From Methanomicrobia archaeon (GTDB lineage Archaea > Methanobacteriota_B > Thermococci > Methanofastidiosales > NM3): DNA of 31,826 bases. The notes under the pieces were generated by a model, which saw only the letters and a list, made by a program, of their open reading frames with translations, ran no database searches and had not been told where the DNA came from. Location of the stretch: positions 1 through 31,826 of the forward strand of contig DSAJ01000112.1 in the NCBI GenBank assembly GCA_011372835.1, in the 5' to 3' direction. Numbering within the stretch: position 1 is the first letter of the stretch; every line of letters begins with the position of its first letter. This document shows, in pieces, positions 17,225 to 24,899 of the stretch. Both the position numbers and the translations under genes were made by a program.

Positions 17225-18892
17225 ATGCGTCGGTCTGTCTGTGGAGCGGCACTGGTCCTCATCGTCCTCCTCTCGGGGGCGATGGTGGCAGGTGCCGACC
17301 TCCAGGTATATATACAGTGGAGTGGGGAAGAGGCCCAGGTCTATGCAGGGTACTCTACGAGCATAGACGTAACCGTGCTCACGAGCAGCACGGGTGAGCC
17401 TACGACCACCCCTCCACCGACCACCTCGCCACCACCAACGACCACGCCACTTCCAACCCCGCCCGAACCACCCGAGGAATCCTCGTTCGTGACGGGAGGG
17501 GGCATGGGCATGGCGGGGTCAGGAGGCTCGAACGCCTTCAAGATGGCCAACGTGAACAACATCTACCTCAGCGTCATGGGCCCTCCAGAATGGGATGTGA
17601 CGCTCTCCGAGGACCGGCTCATACTCGAGGGCAATGACAGCGAGACCGTCACCGTCGACGTCTCGGTCCCCGAGGGCGAGGCGCCAGGCCTCTACGAGGT
17701 GCAGTTCACCGCAACGTCATCGATCGGCGACAGGTCTGTGACCCTTCCGGTACGCGTACTCGAACCATACGACGTGATACTGTCAAACCTTGTCATCACG
17801 CCGGAGGAGCCGGCGCTTGGCGACACGGTCAACGTCAGCGTCGACGTGACCGTCGACGGCGATGTGAACCTGCCTGACAAGATAATCGGCCTCTACATCC
17901 CGGAGATCGCACAGGGCAACCTCGCTTCGACGACGCTGTCGTTTGAACCGAACTCCACACAGACCGTCACGCTCTCATGGGGCGCAAGCAGGCTTGGCGA
18001 CCTAACCGCCAAGATGTACCTCAATCCGCACCAGTACGACTCGAACATTGACAACAACTCCATACAGACCGCTTTTTCGGTAAGCGAGGCAGAAGATCCC
18101 TGCACGCTCGCAGAGGAGACGTTCGAGGCGGCCATGGAGATCTACGAGGAGGACTGCGAGGAAGCGCGCTCCCAGCTCGAGATAGCCCGGGCCCTCTATG
18201 AACAGTGCGGCGACGAGGAAGGCGTGGCCCAGTGCGACTTCTACATGGAAAAGTGCGACAAGTACGGCCTTGCAGAGGAGCTTGTCGAACAGGGCGATGC
18301 ATTTGCCGACCAGGGCGACTGCGAGAGCGCCATCAGCAAGTGGCAGGACGCCAGGGAGATCTATGCCAGCTACGACGACGATGCAATGGTCCAGATGATC
18401 GATGACCGTATCGAGTCGTGCGAAGAGGACGACGGGACGCCATGGTACATGCAGACGTGGTTCCTTGGGCTGCTGCTGTTGCTCCTGCTCTTGGCAATCC
18501 TTATCATCCTCCTTGCCCGTCGCAGGGAAGAGGAAGAGGAGGAAGAAGGGCCGCCACCCGAGTTCTACGGGGAAGCAGCACCAGTGCCGCCACCAGGACC
18601 TCCGGAGGGAGGCGAGGGTGCACAGCGAACGCTCGTGACGCCGGTAGCGCCCGGACGCACGGCGCCGACGCCAAGCGACCCTGATGTCGCCAAGCTCGTG
18701 GACGGTCTTGACAAGGCAGTGGCACACTACGAACCCGAGACGATACGCAAGGACCTCAAGGGTGCCGTGTCGAACTACTCGAAGATCGTCGACCGCCGCA
18801 ACACGCTCGCTGCCCGCATGGACAAGGAAACGCTTGACTACGTGGATGAACAGATAAGGCTCCTTGAAGATAAGATATTCAACGAGCTTTAA
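17225..18892 (+). CDS. Single-pass membrane protein: NEW3-like and CARDB domains, Cys-containing helical repeats, TM helix, cytoplasmic tail
   Basis: Signal peptide; Pro/Thr linker; PPEWDVTL...VSVPEGEAPGLYEV (NEW3-like); DVILSNLVITP...DSNIDNNSI (CARDB); TM WFLGLLLLLLLLAILIILLA followed by RRR. Start at ATG 17225 after GGTGA (the ORF track starts at GTG 17216). Confidence 0.8.
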   Translation: MRRSVCGAALVLIVLLSGAMVAGADLQVYIQWSGEEAQVYAGYSTSIDVTVLTSSTGEPTTTPPPTTSPPPTTTPLPTPPEPPEESSFVTGGGMGMAGSGGSNAFKMANVNNIYLSVMGPPEWDVTLSEDRLILEGNDSETVTVDVSVPEGEAPGLYEVQFTATSSIGDRSVTLPVRVLEPYDVILSNLVITPEEPALGDTVNVSVDVTVDGDVNLPDKIIGLYIPEIAQGNLASTTLSFEPNSTQTVTLSWGASRLGDLTAKMYLNPHQYDSNIDNNSIQTAFSVSEAEDPCTLAEETFEAAMEIYEEDCEEARSQLEIARALYEQCGDEEGVAQCDFYMEKCDKYGLAEELVEQGDAFADQGDCESAISKWQDAREIYASYDDDAMVQMIDDRIESCEEDDGTPWYMQTWFLGLLLLLLLLAILIILLARRREEEEEEEGPPPEFYGEAAPVPPPGPPEGGEGAQRTLVTPVAPGRTAPTPSDPDVAKLVDGLDKAVAHYEPETIRKDLKGAVSNYSKIVDRRNTLAARMDKETLDYVDEQIRLLEDKIFNEL

Positions 18893-19030
18893 TCTTTTCC
18901 TTTATTTTTCTTTTATTAATTATTTTTTAATTTATTTTTATTAAATATTTTATAATTTAATATTTATATTTTTATTATAAGTATATATTAATATTATTTT
19001 TTTTTCTAATATCAATTTACCAATAGATAA
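18893..19030. other. Extremely AT-rich, T-skewed intergenic tract; its first part is the probable terminator of the surface-protein operon
   Basis: About 140 nt with very few G/C and multiple oligo-T runs, directly after the stop at 18892. Confidence 0.55.
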
Positions 19031-19031
19031 G

Positions 19032-19070
19032 TTTATATATAGGTTATTTATCTTATAATCTTTGGAGGTG
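19032..19070 (+). promoter_or_regulatory. TATA box and SD for a micro-ORF
   Basis: TTTATATA at 19032-19039; GGAGGTG at 19064-19070, 5 nt before ATG 19076. Confidence 0.6.
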
Positions 19071-19075
19071 TGTGC

Positions 19076-19147
19076 ATGGGAGCTAAGGCATCGCCTAAAA
19101 AGAAGAAAGAAACGACTGCAACTCAGAAGAACGTAAAAAAGAAGTGA
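19076..19147 (+). CDS. 23-aa Lys-rich peptide MGAKASPKKKKETTATQKNVKKK
   Basis: Hand translation. Has its own TATA box, a near-perfect SD and a downstream AAAAAA-TTAG-TTTTTT terminator-like element. Below the ORF-track length cutoff. Confidence 0.6.
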   Translation: MGAKASPKKKKETTATQKNVKKK

Positions 19148-19365
19148 TTCTTCGCAAAAAATTAGTTTTTTACTTAATTGGGGACAGGCGTCACAGCATG
19201 TCCCCGCCTCTCCTCATCATATGTGCTTGAGGCCGCACGCCACGGTCATCGCAAGGCTTTTAAGGTGTAAAAATGGCCCAAGGATACCGAAATAATTAAA
19301 AACAGTATGCGTAACGTTATTAAGGTTCTTATATCTTATCGTTTACCGAGAACGTACGAAACCGG

Positions 19366-19545
19366 GTGATTCCTATACGATTGAATAGATACGAGCGTGC
19401 ACGGGTCATAGGCGCACGGGCCCTGCAGATATCCATGGATGCGCCAATCCTCATTGATACTGACGACTTCGACTCCATTCGCGTTGCGATCAAGGAGCTC
19501 GAAATGGGTGTCCTTCCCATTACCGTCGTACGTCCGGATGAGTGA
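19366..19545 (+). CDS. rpoK: DNA-directed RNA polymerase subunit K (Rpo6)
   Basis: Hand translation: (M)[58 protein letters not shown], with the Rpo6 signature [16 protein letters not shown] and LPITVxR. An alternative start is TTG 19381. Missed by the ORF track (59 aa). Confidence 0.95.
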   Translation: MIPIRLNRYERARVIGARALQISMDAPILIDTDDFDSIRVAIKELEMGVLPITVVRPDE

Positions 19546-19547
19546 TC

Positions 19548-20546
19548 ATGGGCGTCGACCTCAAGGATGTGGTGCCGCGCACCGAGTTCGACTTCGCGGC
19601 GCTCCATGGGAAGGTGCTGGCGGTGGATGCGCTCAATGCGCTCTACCAGTTCCTGGCAATCATACGCCAGCGTGACGGCGAGGTGCTCAAGGACTCCCAG
19701 GGACGCACCACATCACATCTTTCAGGTCTTTTTTATCGTTCCATCAATCTGCTTGAAATGGGCATCCGTCCTGTATACGTCTTTGACGGCACGCCTCCGC
19801 GCGAGAAGATCGACACGTTGCGCGAACGCAAGGAGCACAAGGACGAGGCCAAGAAGAAGGCCATCCGTGCGAAGGTCGAGGGCAGGAAGGAGGACTATGC
19901 CAAGTATTCACAGCAGATGCTTACCTTCACCTCCGACATGCTCGCCGAGGCACGGGACCTGCTGACCTTCATGGGCATCCCCTACATCGATGCGCCCTCC
20001 GAGGGGGAGGCGCAGGCCTCCCACATGTGCAGCATCGACAAGCGCGTCTTCGCGGTAGCGTCCCAGGACTACGATTCGCTGCTCTTCGGTGCGCCGACGC
20101 TGATCCGCAACGTCACGATCTCGGGCCGGCGCAAGATGCCTGGCAAGAACGTCTACCGTGAGGTCGTTCCCGAACAGGTCGAGCTCGCAGCGGTGCTCGA
20201 ATCGCTCTCGCTCACGCGCGAGCAGCTCGTCGAGGTCGCGCTGCTCGTGGGCACCGACTACAATCTCGGGGTCAAGGGCATCGGGCCGAAGAAGGCGCTT
20301 GACGTCGTTCGGGAAGGGTCGTTCTCATCGTATGACGTCGATGCGACGCTAAAGGACCTCTTCCTCTCGCCAAAGGTCACCGACGACTACGAGTTCTCGT
20401 TCTCGTCGCCTCAGTCGAGCAGTATCGAGTCGTTCCTCTGCGACAAGCGCGACTTTTCACACATACGCGTGGAGCGCGCCCTGGAACGATTGGAAAAGGG
20501 AATCGAGAGCGTCATCAAACAAGAGACGCTCGATCAGTGGTTCTAA
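19548..20546 (+). CDS. fen: Flap endonuclease 1
   Basis: MGVDL, AVDALNALYQFLAIIRQ, TSHLSGLFYR, VFDG, APSEGEAQA, SQDYDSLLFG, GTDYN, GIGPKKAL, and C-terminal PIP box QETLDQWF. Confidence 0.97.
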   Translation: MGVDLKDVVPRTEFDFAALHGKVLAVDALNALYQFLAIIRQRDGEVLKDSQGRTTSHLSGLFYRSINLLEMGIRPVYVFDGTPPREKIDTLRERKEHKDEAKKKAIRAKVEGRKEDYAKYSQQMLTFTSDMLAEARDLLTFMGIPYIDAPSEGEAQASHMCSIDKRVFAVASQDYDSLLFGAPTLIRNVTISGRRKMPGKNVYREVVPEQVELAAVLESLSLTREQLVEVALLVGTDYNLGVKGIGPKKALDVVREGSFSSYDVDATLKDLFLSPKVTDDYEFSFSSPQSSSIESFLCDKRDFSHIRVERALERLEKGIESVIKQETLDQWF

Positions 20547-20557
20547 GAAAAGCGGGC

Positions 20558-20836
20558 CTAGAGCAGGCGCCTGACATCGGTGATGTCCACTTCGCTCACG
20601 TTCTCGAGGGTATCGAACGCCTCTACTGCCGGGTCGAGGTCGCCGCCCTCCTTGTCAGACGTGAGGATCATGACGTTGAGCGCCACGAGGCCGAACGCAA
20701 TTGGTTCTTCCTCTATCTTGTGTATCTTCATGTTGCCAGGCACTGCGTCCTGGATCTTCGTCTTAAGGGCCTCGAGGTCGGTCTCCACGCCCTCTGGCAT
20801 GACCCGTATCGTTGCTACCGTGTTATAATCGCTCAT
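20558..20836 (-). CDS. ef1b: Translation elongation factor 1-beta
   Basis: IRVMPEGVETDLEAL, EEEPIAFGLVAL, VSEVDITDVRRL. Start corrected to ATG 20836. Confidence 0.95.
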   Translation of the reverse strand: MSDYNTVATIRVMPEGVETDLEALKTKIQDAVPGNMKIHKIEEEPIAFGLVALNVMILTSDKEGGDLDPAVEAFDTLENVSEVDITDVRRLL

Positions 20837-20849
20837 TGTGAATCTCTCC

Positions 20850-21005
20850 TTACGGTCCGATGAATCCGCAGCTCGTACATGTGTACTTATTACCAAGCAC
20901 CCTGCACTTCTCACACCGAATGACCGTCTCCTCGCATTCGGGGCACGGGAACTGGACCATCTTTTCCTTAGGGGTAATCTCTCTATGACAAGAAGAACAT
21001 TTCAT
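20850..21005 (-). CDS. Small Zn-ribbon protein (DUF1610/HVO_2753-like), four CxxC motifs
   Basis: Hand translation: MKCSSCHREITPKEKMVQFPCPECEETVIRCEKCRVLGNKYTCTSCGFIGP. F-x-CP-x-C and Y-x-C-x-x-CGF-x-GP signatures, in the usual archaeal position upstream of EF-1beta. Not in the ORF track. Confidence 0.92.
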   Translation of the reverse strand: MKCSSCHREITPKEKMVQFPCPECEETVIRCEKCRVLGNKYTCTSCGFIGP

Positions 21006-21022
21006 GAACTTCACTCCTCAGG

Positions 21023-22015
21023 CTACTTCCTGTTGATAAACTTCTTCGCTATGCTCACTTTATAAGTCTTTCCTTTCTTCTCGCGCATGAGTATCTGTTT
21101 TCCCTCCAGGTCATTGACGATGCGGGAGACCTTCGGGCGCGAGTAGTTAGTGAGCTCGGGCAGCTCGTCCTGGCGCAGCTCCCCGCCTGTGCGCACGATA
21201 GCGTTGACGACCGTGCGCTCATCCTCTGTCAGGACGAAAAGCGGCACCTCGGGTGTCTGCCTCGTGCTCCGGTATCGAAGCAGCGCATACATCGCGACGA
21301 TGCCGATGAGCGTCCCGAAGATAAACGATGCGGGAGAGAGGATGTCAAGCCCGCCGCCTGGTCGCTCGATGACCTCGTGCGGGTCGATGTCCTCGCCGAT
21401 GTGCACGTATTCGATGCCCATGGCGTCGAGCTCGTCAAAGACGCCCTGTTCGATCGTCGAGCCGATGACATATACCGTCTCGCACCCGAGCGACTCGAGC
21501 GCCCTGCTCGTGTCGTAGGTCAGCGTCGTGTCGTTGGTGAGCAGTATGGGACACGAGAGCTGCATGGCCGCCTGCAGACCGACGAGGTACGACTCCTCCA
21601 CGGACCCGTTGAGCACGACGGCATGCGGCGACTTCTTCCATGTCTCGATGGCAAAGAGCGCAGCCGTGTTCTCCCGCGCAAGGCCGCTTTTTCGCTCCAC
21701 CTCGTAGCCGATCTCCCGGATGGTCTCCTCGACCGCATCCGAGATCGCCGTGTCGACGCCCCCCAGTATCAGCACCCTGCGCGCACCGTTCTGGTAGTAG
21801 CCTGCGAGCTGTTTTTGTTCGTTCGCATCAAGCGCGTCGCCTGATACCTGGAGCAGGGGAATGTCATGTGCCGATGCGAAGGGGAGGCCGATGACGTACT
21901 CGATGGGAATGTCGTCCCTGACGATGATGAGGTCGTGCTCGGTCGGGCTGGCACCTGCGCTCGCACACGACACGCACAAGAAAAGCATCACGAGGGCGAT
22001 GGCTGACCGTTTCAT
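21023..22015 (-). CDS. Membrane-anchored regulator: cell-wall-binding repeat 2-like ectodomain, TM helix, cytoplasmic winged helix
   Basis: Signal peptide from ATG 22015. IPLL...VLILGG..AIS...ERKSGLARENTA and PILLT...VYVIG (CWB2-like). TM FIFGTLIGIVAMYALL. C-terminal LTEDERTVV...LRQDELPELTNYSRPKVSRIVNDLEGKQIL (wHTH). Confidence 0.72.
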   Translation of the reverse strand: MKRSAIALVMLFLCVSCASAGASPTEHDLIIVRDDIPIEYVIGLPFASAHDIPLLQVSGDALDANEQKQLAGYYQNGARRVLILGGVDTAISDAVEETIREIGYEVERKSGLARENTAALFAIETWKKSPHAVVLNGSVEESYLVGLQAAMQLSCPILLTNDTTLTYDTSRALESLGCETVYVIGSTIEQGVFDELDAMGIEYVHIGEDIDPHEVIERPGGGLDILSPASFIFGTLIGIVAMYALLRYRSTRQTPEVPLFVLTEDERTVVNAIVRTGGELRQDELPELTNYSRPKVSRIVNDLEGKQILMREKKGKTYKVSIAKKFINRK

Positions 22016-22141
22016 GATAATTCCATAAAGAATCATTTTCCTACGAATAAAAACCTTTCTCTATCGTGATTTCGGTAATATCGCGTTTGAAATACGTAAG
22101 ATTTATATTAATTTATACTGTAGGAAAAATAAGGTGTATTA

Positions 22142-23347
22142 ATGTACGAACAATCGAATCCTCCTGATTATTCTCGATTCGCACTTGCACGCAATCCATT
22201 CACGTCGCTGTCAAGCGAAGGCATAGAGAACGTGGAGGACATCCACGTCTCACAGACGATCGATACCAGGCTTGCCGAGATCCTCTCCGAGGTCGTTGAC
22301 AACAGCTCATCGCTTGCCATCTCGCTCGTAGGCGAGCTTGGGGCCGGAAAGACACAGCGCCTCAAGGGCATCATGAGCCTCGTCGAGGGATCCGGCGGAT
22401 TCGTACATTTCCAGAAGGTCGACAACAACGACATCGTCCAGGTGACCCAGAGCTTCCTCGACGCCCTGCATCCCGAAGAGGAGATCGCGGTGCCGCCGCA
22501 GGCGACGGGATTCGTCGCCGCCATCAAGCGCATGTTCGTGCCCGCGCCGCCACCACCCGTCTCATCGCGCCTCCACGTGACCAAGGCGACCTACGACCCC
22601 CAGGCCGTGGCACGCCAGCTCAGAGGGGGCATGGGACGCCACAGCCTCTCGGCACTCATCCTGGACGAGATCGAAAACATCATGACCGCGCCCGAGTCGG
22701 ACCTCATACAGTTCTTCGAGGCGCTGCGCGGATTCATCTCGAACATGCCGAAAGGGTGCCTTTTCGCTTTTGCCTGCACGCCCGAATTCTACAAGCAGTT
22801 GAAGGACAGCTTCCCTGCGTTCACGATACGCCTGCATGCAGAGCTCCAGTGTGAGCAGCTCACCGATAGGAAGGCGTTCGAGCTCATCAGGAAACGCCTC
22901 AGGCAGATGCGCACCGACGAGACCTACGACGAGCTCTACCCGTTTGACGGCTCGGCCATCACGCTGCTCAACAAGGTCTCCAACGGCAACCCGCGCGTGC
23001 TGTTGCGGATGCTCCACTCGGTGCTCTCCGCCGCCGCCCGCGACCCGGTCGTCGACCTCATCGACGAGCGCTACGTGACTCGGCTGGTCGCCGTGCCCAA
23101 CTCGCTCGAGGAGTACATGTCAAAGGTGCCGCCCGAGCTGCGCACCATCATCGATGAGATGATCGGCGAGTTCAACGGGGGGCCGGTAACATACATACAG
23201 CTCTCCAAGTCCACCAAGGAGGCGCCGACGCGCGTCTACACCGACCTCGAGGAGCTCACAGCAATGGGCCTCCTGCGCAAGAAGAAGGGCCACTACGAGA
23301 TTCTCGAGCACATCAAGGACCTGCTCCAGGAAGAGGATGGCACGTGA
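22142..23347 (+). CDS. AAA+ P-loop ATPase with C-terminal winged helix, uncharacterised
   Basis: Y-x-x-F-x-L-x-x-NPF N-terminus, Walker A GELGAGKT, Walker B ALILDE, lid SNGNPR, C-terminal VTYIQLSK...TRVYTDLEELTAMGLL. Confidence 0.75.
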   Translation: MYEQSNPPDYSRFALARNPFTSLSSEGIENVEDIHVSQTIDTRLAEILSEVVDNSSSLAISLVGELGAGKTQRLKGIMSLVEGSGGFVHFQKVDNNDIVQVTQSFLDALHPEEEIAVPPQATGFVAAIKRMFVPAPPPPVSSRLHVTKATYDPQAVARQLRGGMGRHSLSALILDEIENIMTAPESDLIQFFEALRGFISNMPKGCLFAFACTPEFYKQLKDSFPAFTIRLHAELQCEQLTDRKAFELIRKRLRQMRTDETYDELYPFDGSAITLLNKVSNGNPRVLLRMLHSVLSAAARDPVVDLIDERYVTRLVAVPNSLEEYMSKVPPELRTIIDEMIGEFNGGPVTYIQLSKSTKEAPTRVYTDLEELTAMGLLRKKKGHYEILEHIKDLLQEEDGT

Positions 23348-23550
23348 ACACGAAGGAACAGGAAAGGATTCGCGTTGGTGTGCAGGGGCGCATCACCATA
23401 CCGAAAAGGATACGGGACAAGTACAACATATCACACCTCGACGCGTACCGCGTCTATGTCGTGTCGGACGTGATCATCCTGGAAAAGGACAGTAAGAGGA
23501 ACGGCGACGAAAAGACGCGTTCCCTGGAAGAGTACATGGGCCGCCGCTAG
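23344..23550 (+). CDS. AbrB/MazE/SpoVT-family DNA-binding protein
   Basis: RVGVQGRITIPKRIRDKYNI...VIILEK swapped-hairpin signature. 4-nt overlap with the ATPase stop. Confidence 0.85.
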   Translation: MNTKEQERIRVGVQGRITIPKRIRDKYNISHLDAYRVYVVSDVIILEKDSKRNGDEKTRSLEEYMGRR

Positions 23551-24896
23551 AACTTCATGTTCTTGAACATGCCCGGCATGCCCATCTTGCCCATTTTTCG
23601 CTTTCCCATCTGTTTCATCATCTTCTTCATCGCATCGTACTGATTGAGCAGTCCCTTGACGTCCTCCTGGGATGTGCCCGACCCTCGGGCGATGCGCTTG
23701 ACGCGCGAGAAGTGGATGACCTTGGGGTCCTTGAGCTCGCGCTCGGTCATCGAGTTCATGATCACCTTATACCTGGCAAGGTTCTCCTCGCTGGCCTCGA
23801 CGAACTCGCTTGGCAGATTCGCACCCATGCCCGGGATCATCTGGAATATCTGCTGCATGGGGCCCATGTTGGAGAGCATCTCGAGCTGCTGGTACATGTC
23901 CTTGAGCGTGAACTTGCCGGACAGCATCTTCTGGGCGTCCTTTTGCGAGAACTCCTGTTCATGGGATGCGTCCTTGACCTTGTCGAGCAGCGTCTTGAGG
24001 TCGCCGAATCCCAGCAGCTTCGCGACGAACTGCTCAGGCGAGAACTTCTCGATATTCTCGATGCGTTCGCCCTCGCCGATGAACTTGATCGGCGCTCCCG
24101 TCGCCGCGACGGCCGAGAGCGCACCTCCGCCCTTTGCAGAGCCGTCGAGCTTCGTGATGATGATGGAGCCAAGCTCCGTTGCCTGCTTGAACGCCTTGGC
24201 CTGGTGCTGCGCCTGCTGGCCTATCGTGCCGTCGATGACGAGTACCGTCTCATCGGGATGCACCGCGTCGGCTATCTCGCGCATCTCCTCGATGAGGCCC
24301 GTCTCATCCTTGTGCCTGCCCGCGGTGTCGACGATGACGATGTCGTACTTCTTCTCCCTGAAGTGCGTGACCCCCTCGCGAGCGAGGCGCGTCGCGCTCT
24401 CCTCGTCGGGGTCGCCCCACACATCGATGTTGACCGGTTCGACATACTGCTTGAGCTGGTAGTATGCACCGGGACGCCAGGTATCGGTACAGACGATGCC
24501 GACCTTGAATCCCTTCTTCTGGAAGTAGCGTGCGAGCTTGCCGGTGGTCGTGGTCTTGCCCGACCCCTGGATGCCCACCATGAGCAGCACGCTCGTGCCC
24601 GAGGGCTTGAGGTTGACCTTCTCGCTGGTCTCGCCGAGGAACTTCGTGATCTCCTCGTAGACGATGCGGATGATGTGCTCCTTTCTGGAGACGCCGGGCG
24701 GTACCTTCTCCTCGAGCGCCCTGTTCTCGATCGTCTTCGTCACGTCGAGGACGAGCTGGACGTTGACGTCGGCCATGAGAAGGGCGCGTTGGATGTCCTT
24801 GACGACCTCCTTGATGACGTCCCTGTCAACGACTGATGAGTGTGAGACCTTGCTCAGGGCACCGGAGAGGGCCTTGCTGAGTGATTCGAGTGCCAT
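23547..24896 (-). CDS. srp54: Signal recognition particle protein SRP54
   Basis: GIQGSGKTTT, DTWRPGA, DTAGRH, TKLDGSAKGGGA, and Met-rich M domain with SRVKRIARGSG. Confidence 0.97.
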   Translation of the reverse strand: MALESLSKALSGALSKVSHSSVVDRDVIKEVVKDIQRALLMADVNVQLVLDVTKTIENRALEEKVPPGVSRKEHIIRIVYEEITKFLGETSEKVNLKPSGTSVLLMVGIQGSGKTTTTGKLARYFQKKGFKVGIVCTDTWRPGAYYQLKQYVEPVNIDVWGDPDEESATRLAREGVTHFREKKYDIVIVDTAGRHKDETGLIEEMREIADAVHPDETVLVIDGTIGQQAQHQAKAFKQATELGSIIITKLDGSAKGGGALSAVAATGAPIKFIGEGERIENIEKFSPEQFVAKLLGFGDLKTLLDKVKDASHEQEFSQKDAQKMLSGKFTLKDMYQQLEMLSNMGPMQQIFQMIPGMGANLPSEFVEASEENLARYKVIMNSMTERELKDPKVIHFSRVKRIARGSGTSQEDVKGLLNQYDAMKKMMKQMGKRKMGKMGMPGMFKNMKF

Positions 24897-24899
24897 TGC

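Noticed and set aside
19076-19093. MGxxxS N-myristoylation-like start of the micro-peptide
   Set aside because: No archaeal N-myristoyltransferase is established; the match is short and likely coincidental.
19180-19260. Hairpin and ATGATGA (box C-like on the minus strand) as a possible ncRNA
   Set aside because: No matching box D, tRNA cloverleaf or SRP helix 8 motif; treated only as a possible terminator hairpin.
22016-23347. cdc6/orc1 with adjacent replication origin
   Set aside because: The ATPase lacks canonical Cdc6 N-terminal motifs, and no ORB repeats are visible in the 125-nt upstream spacer.
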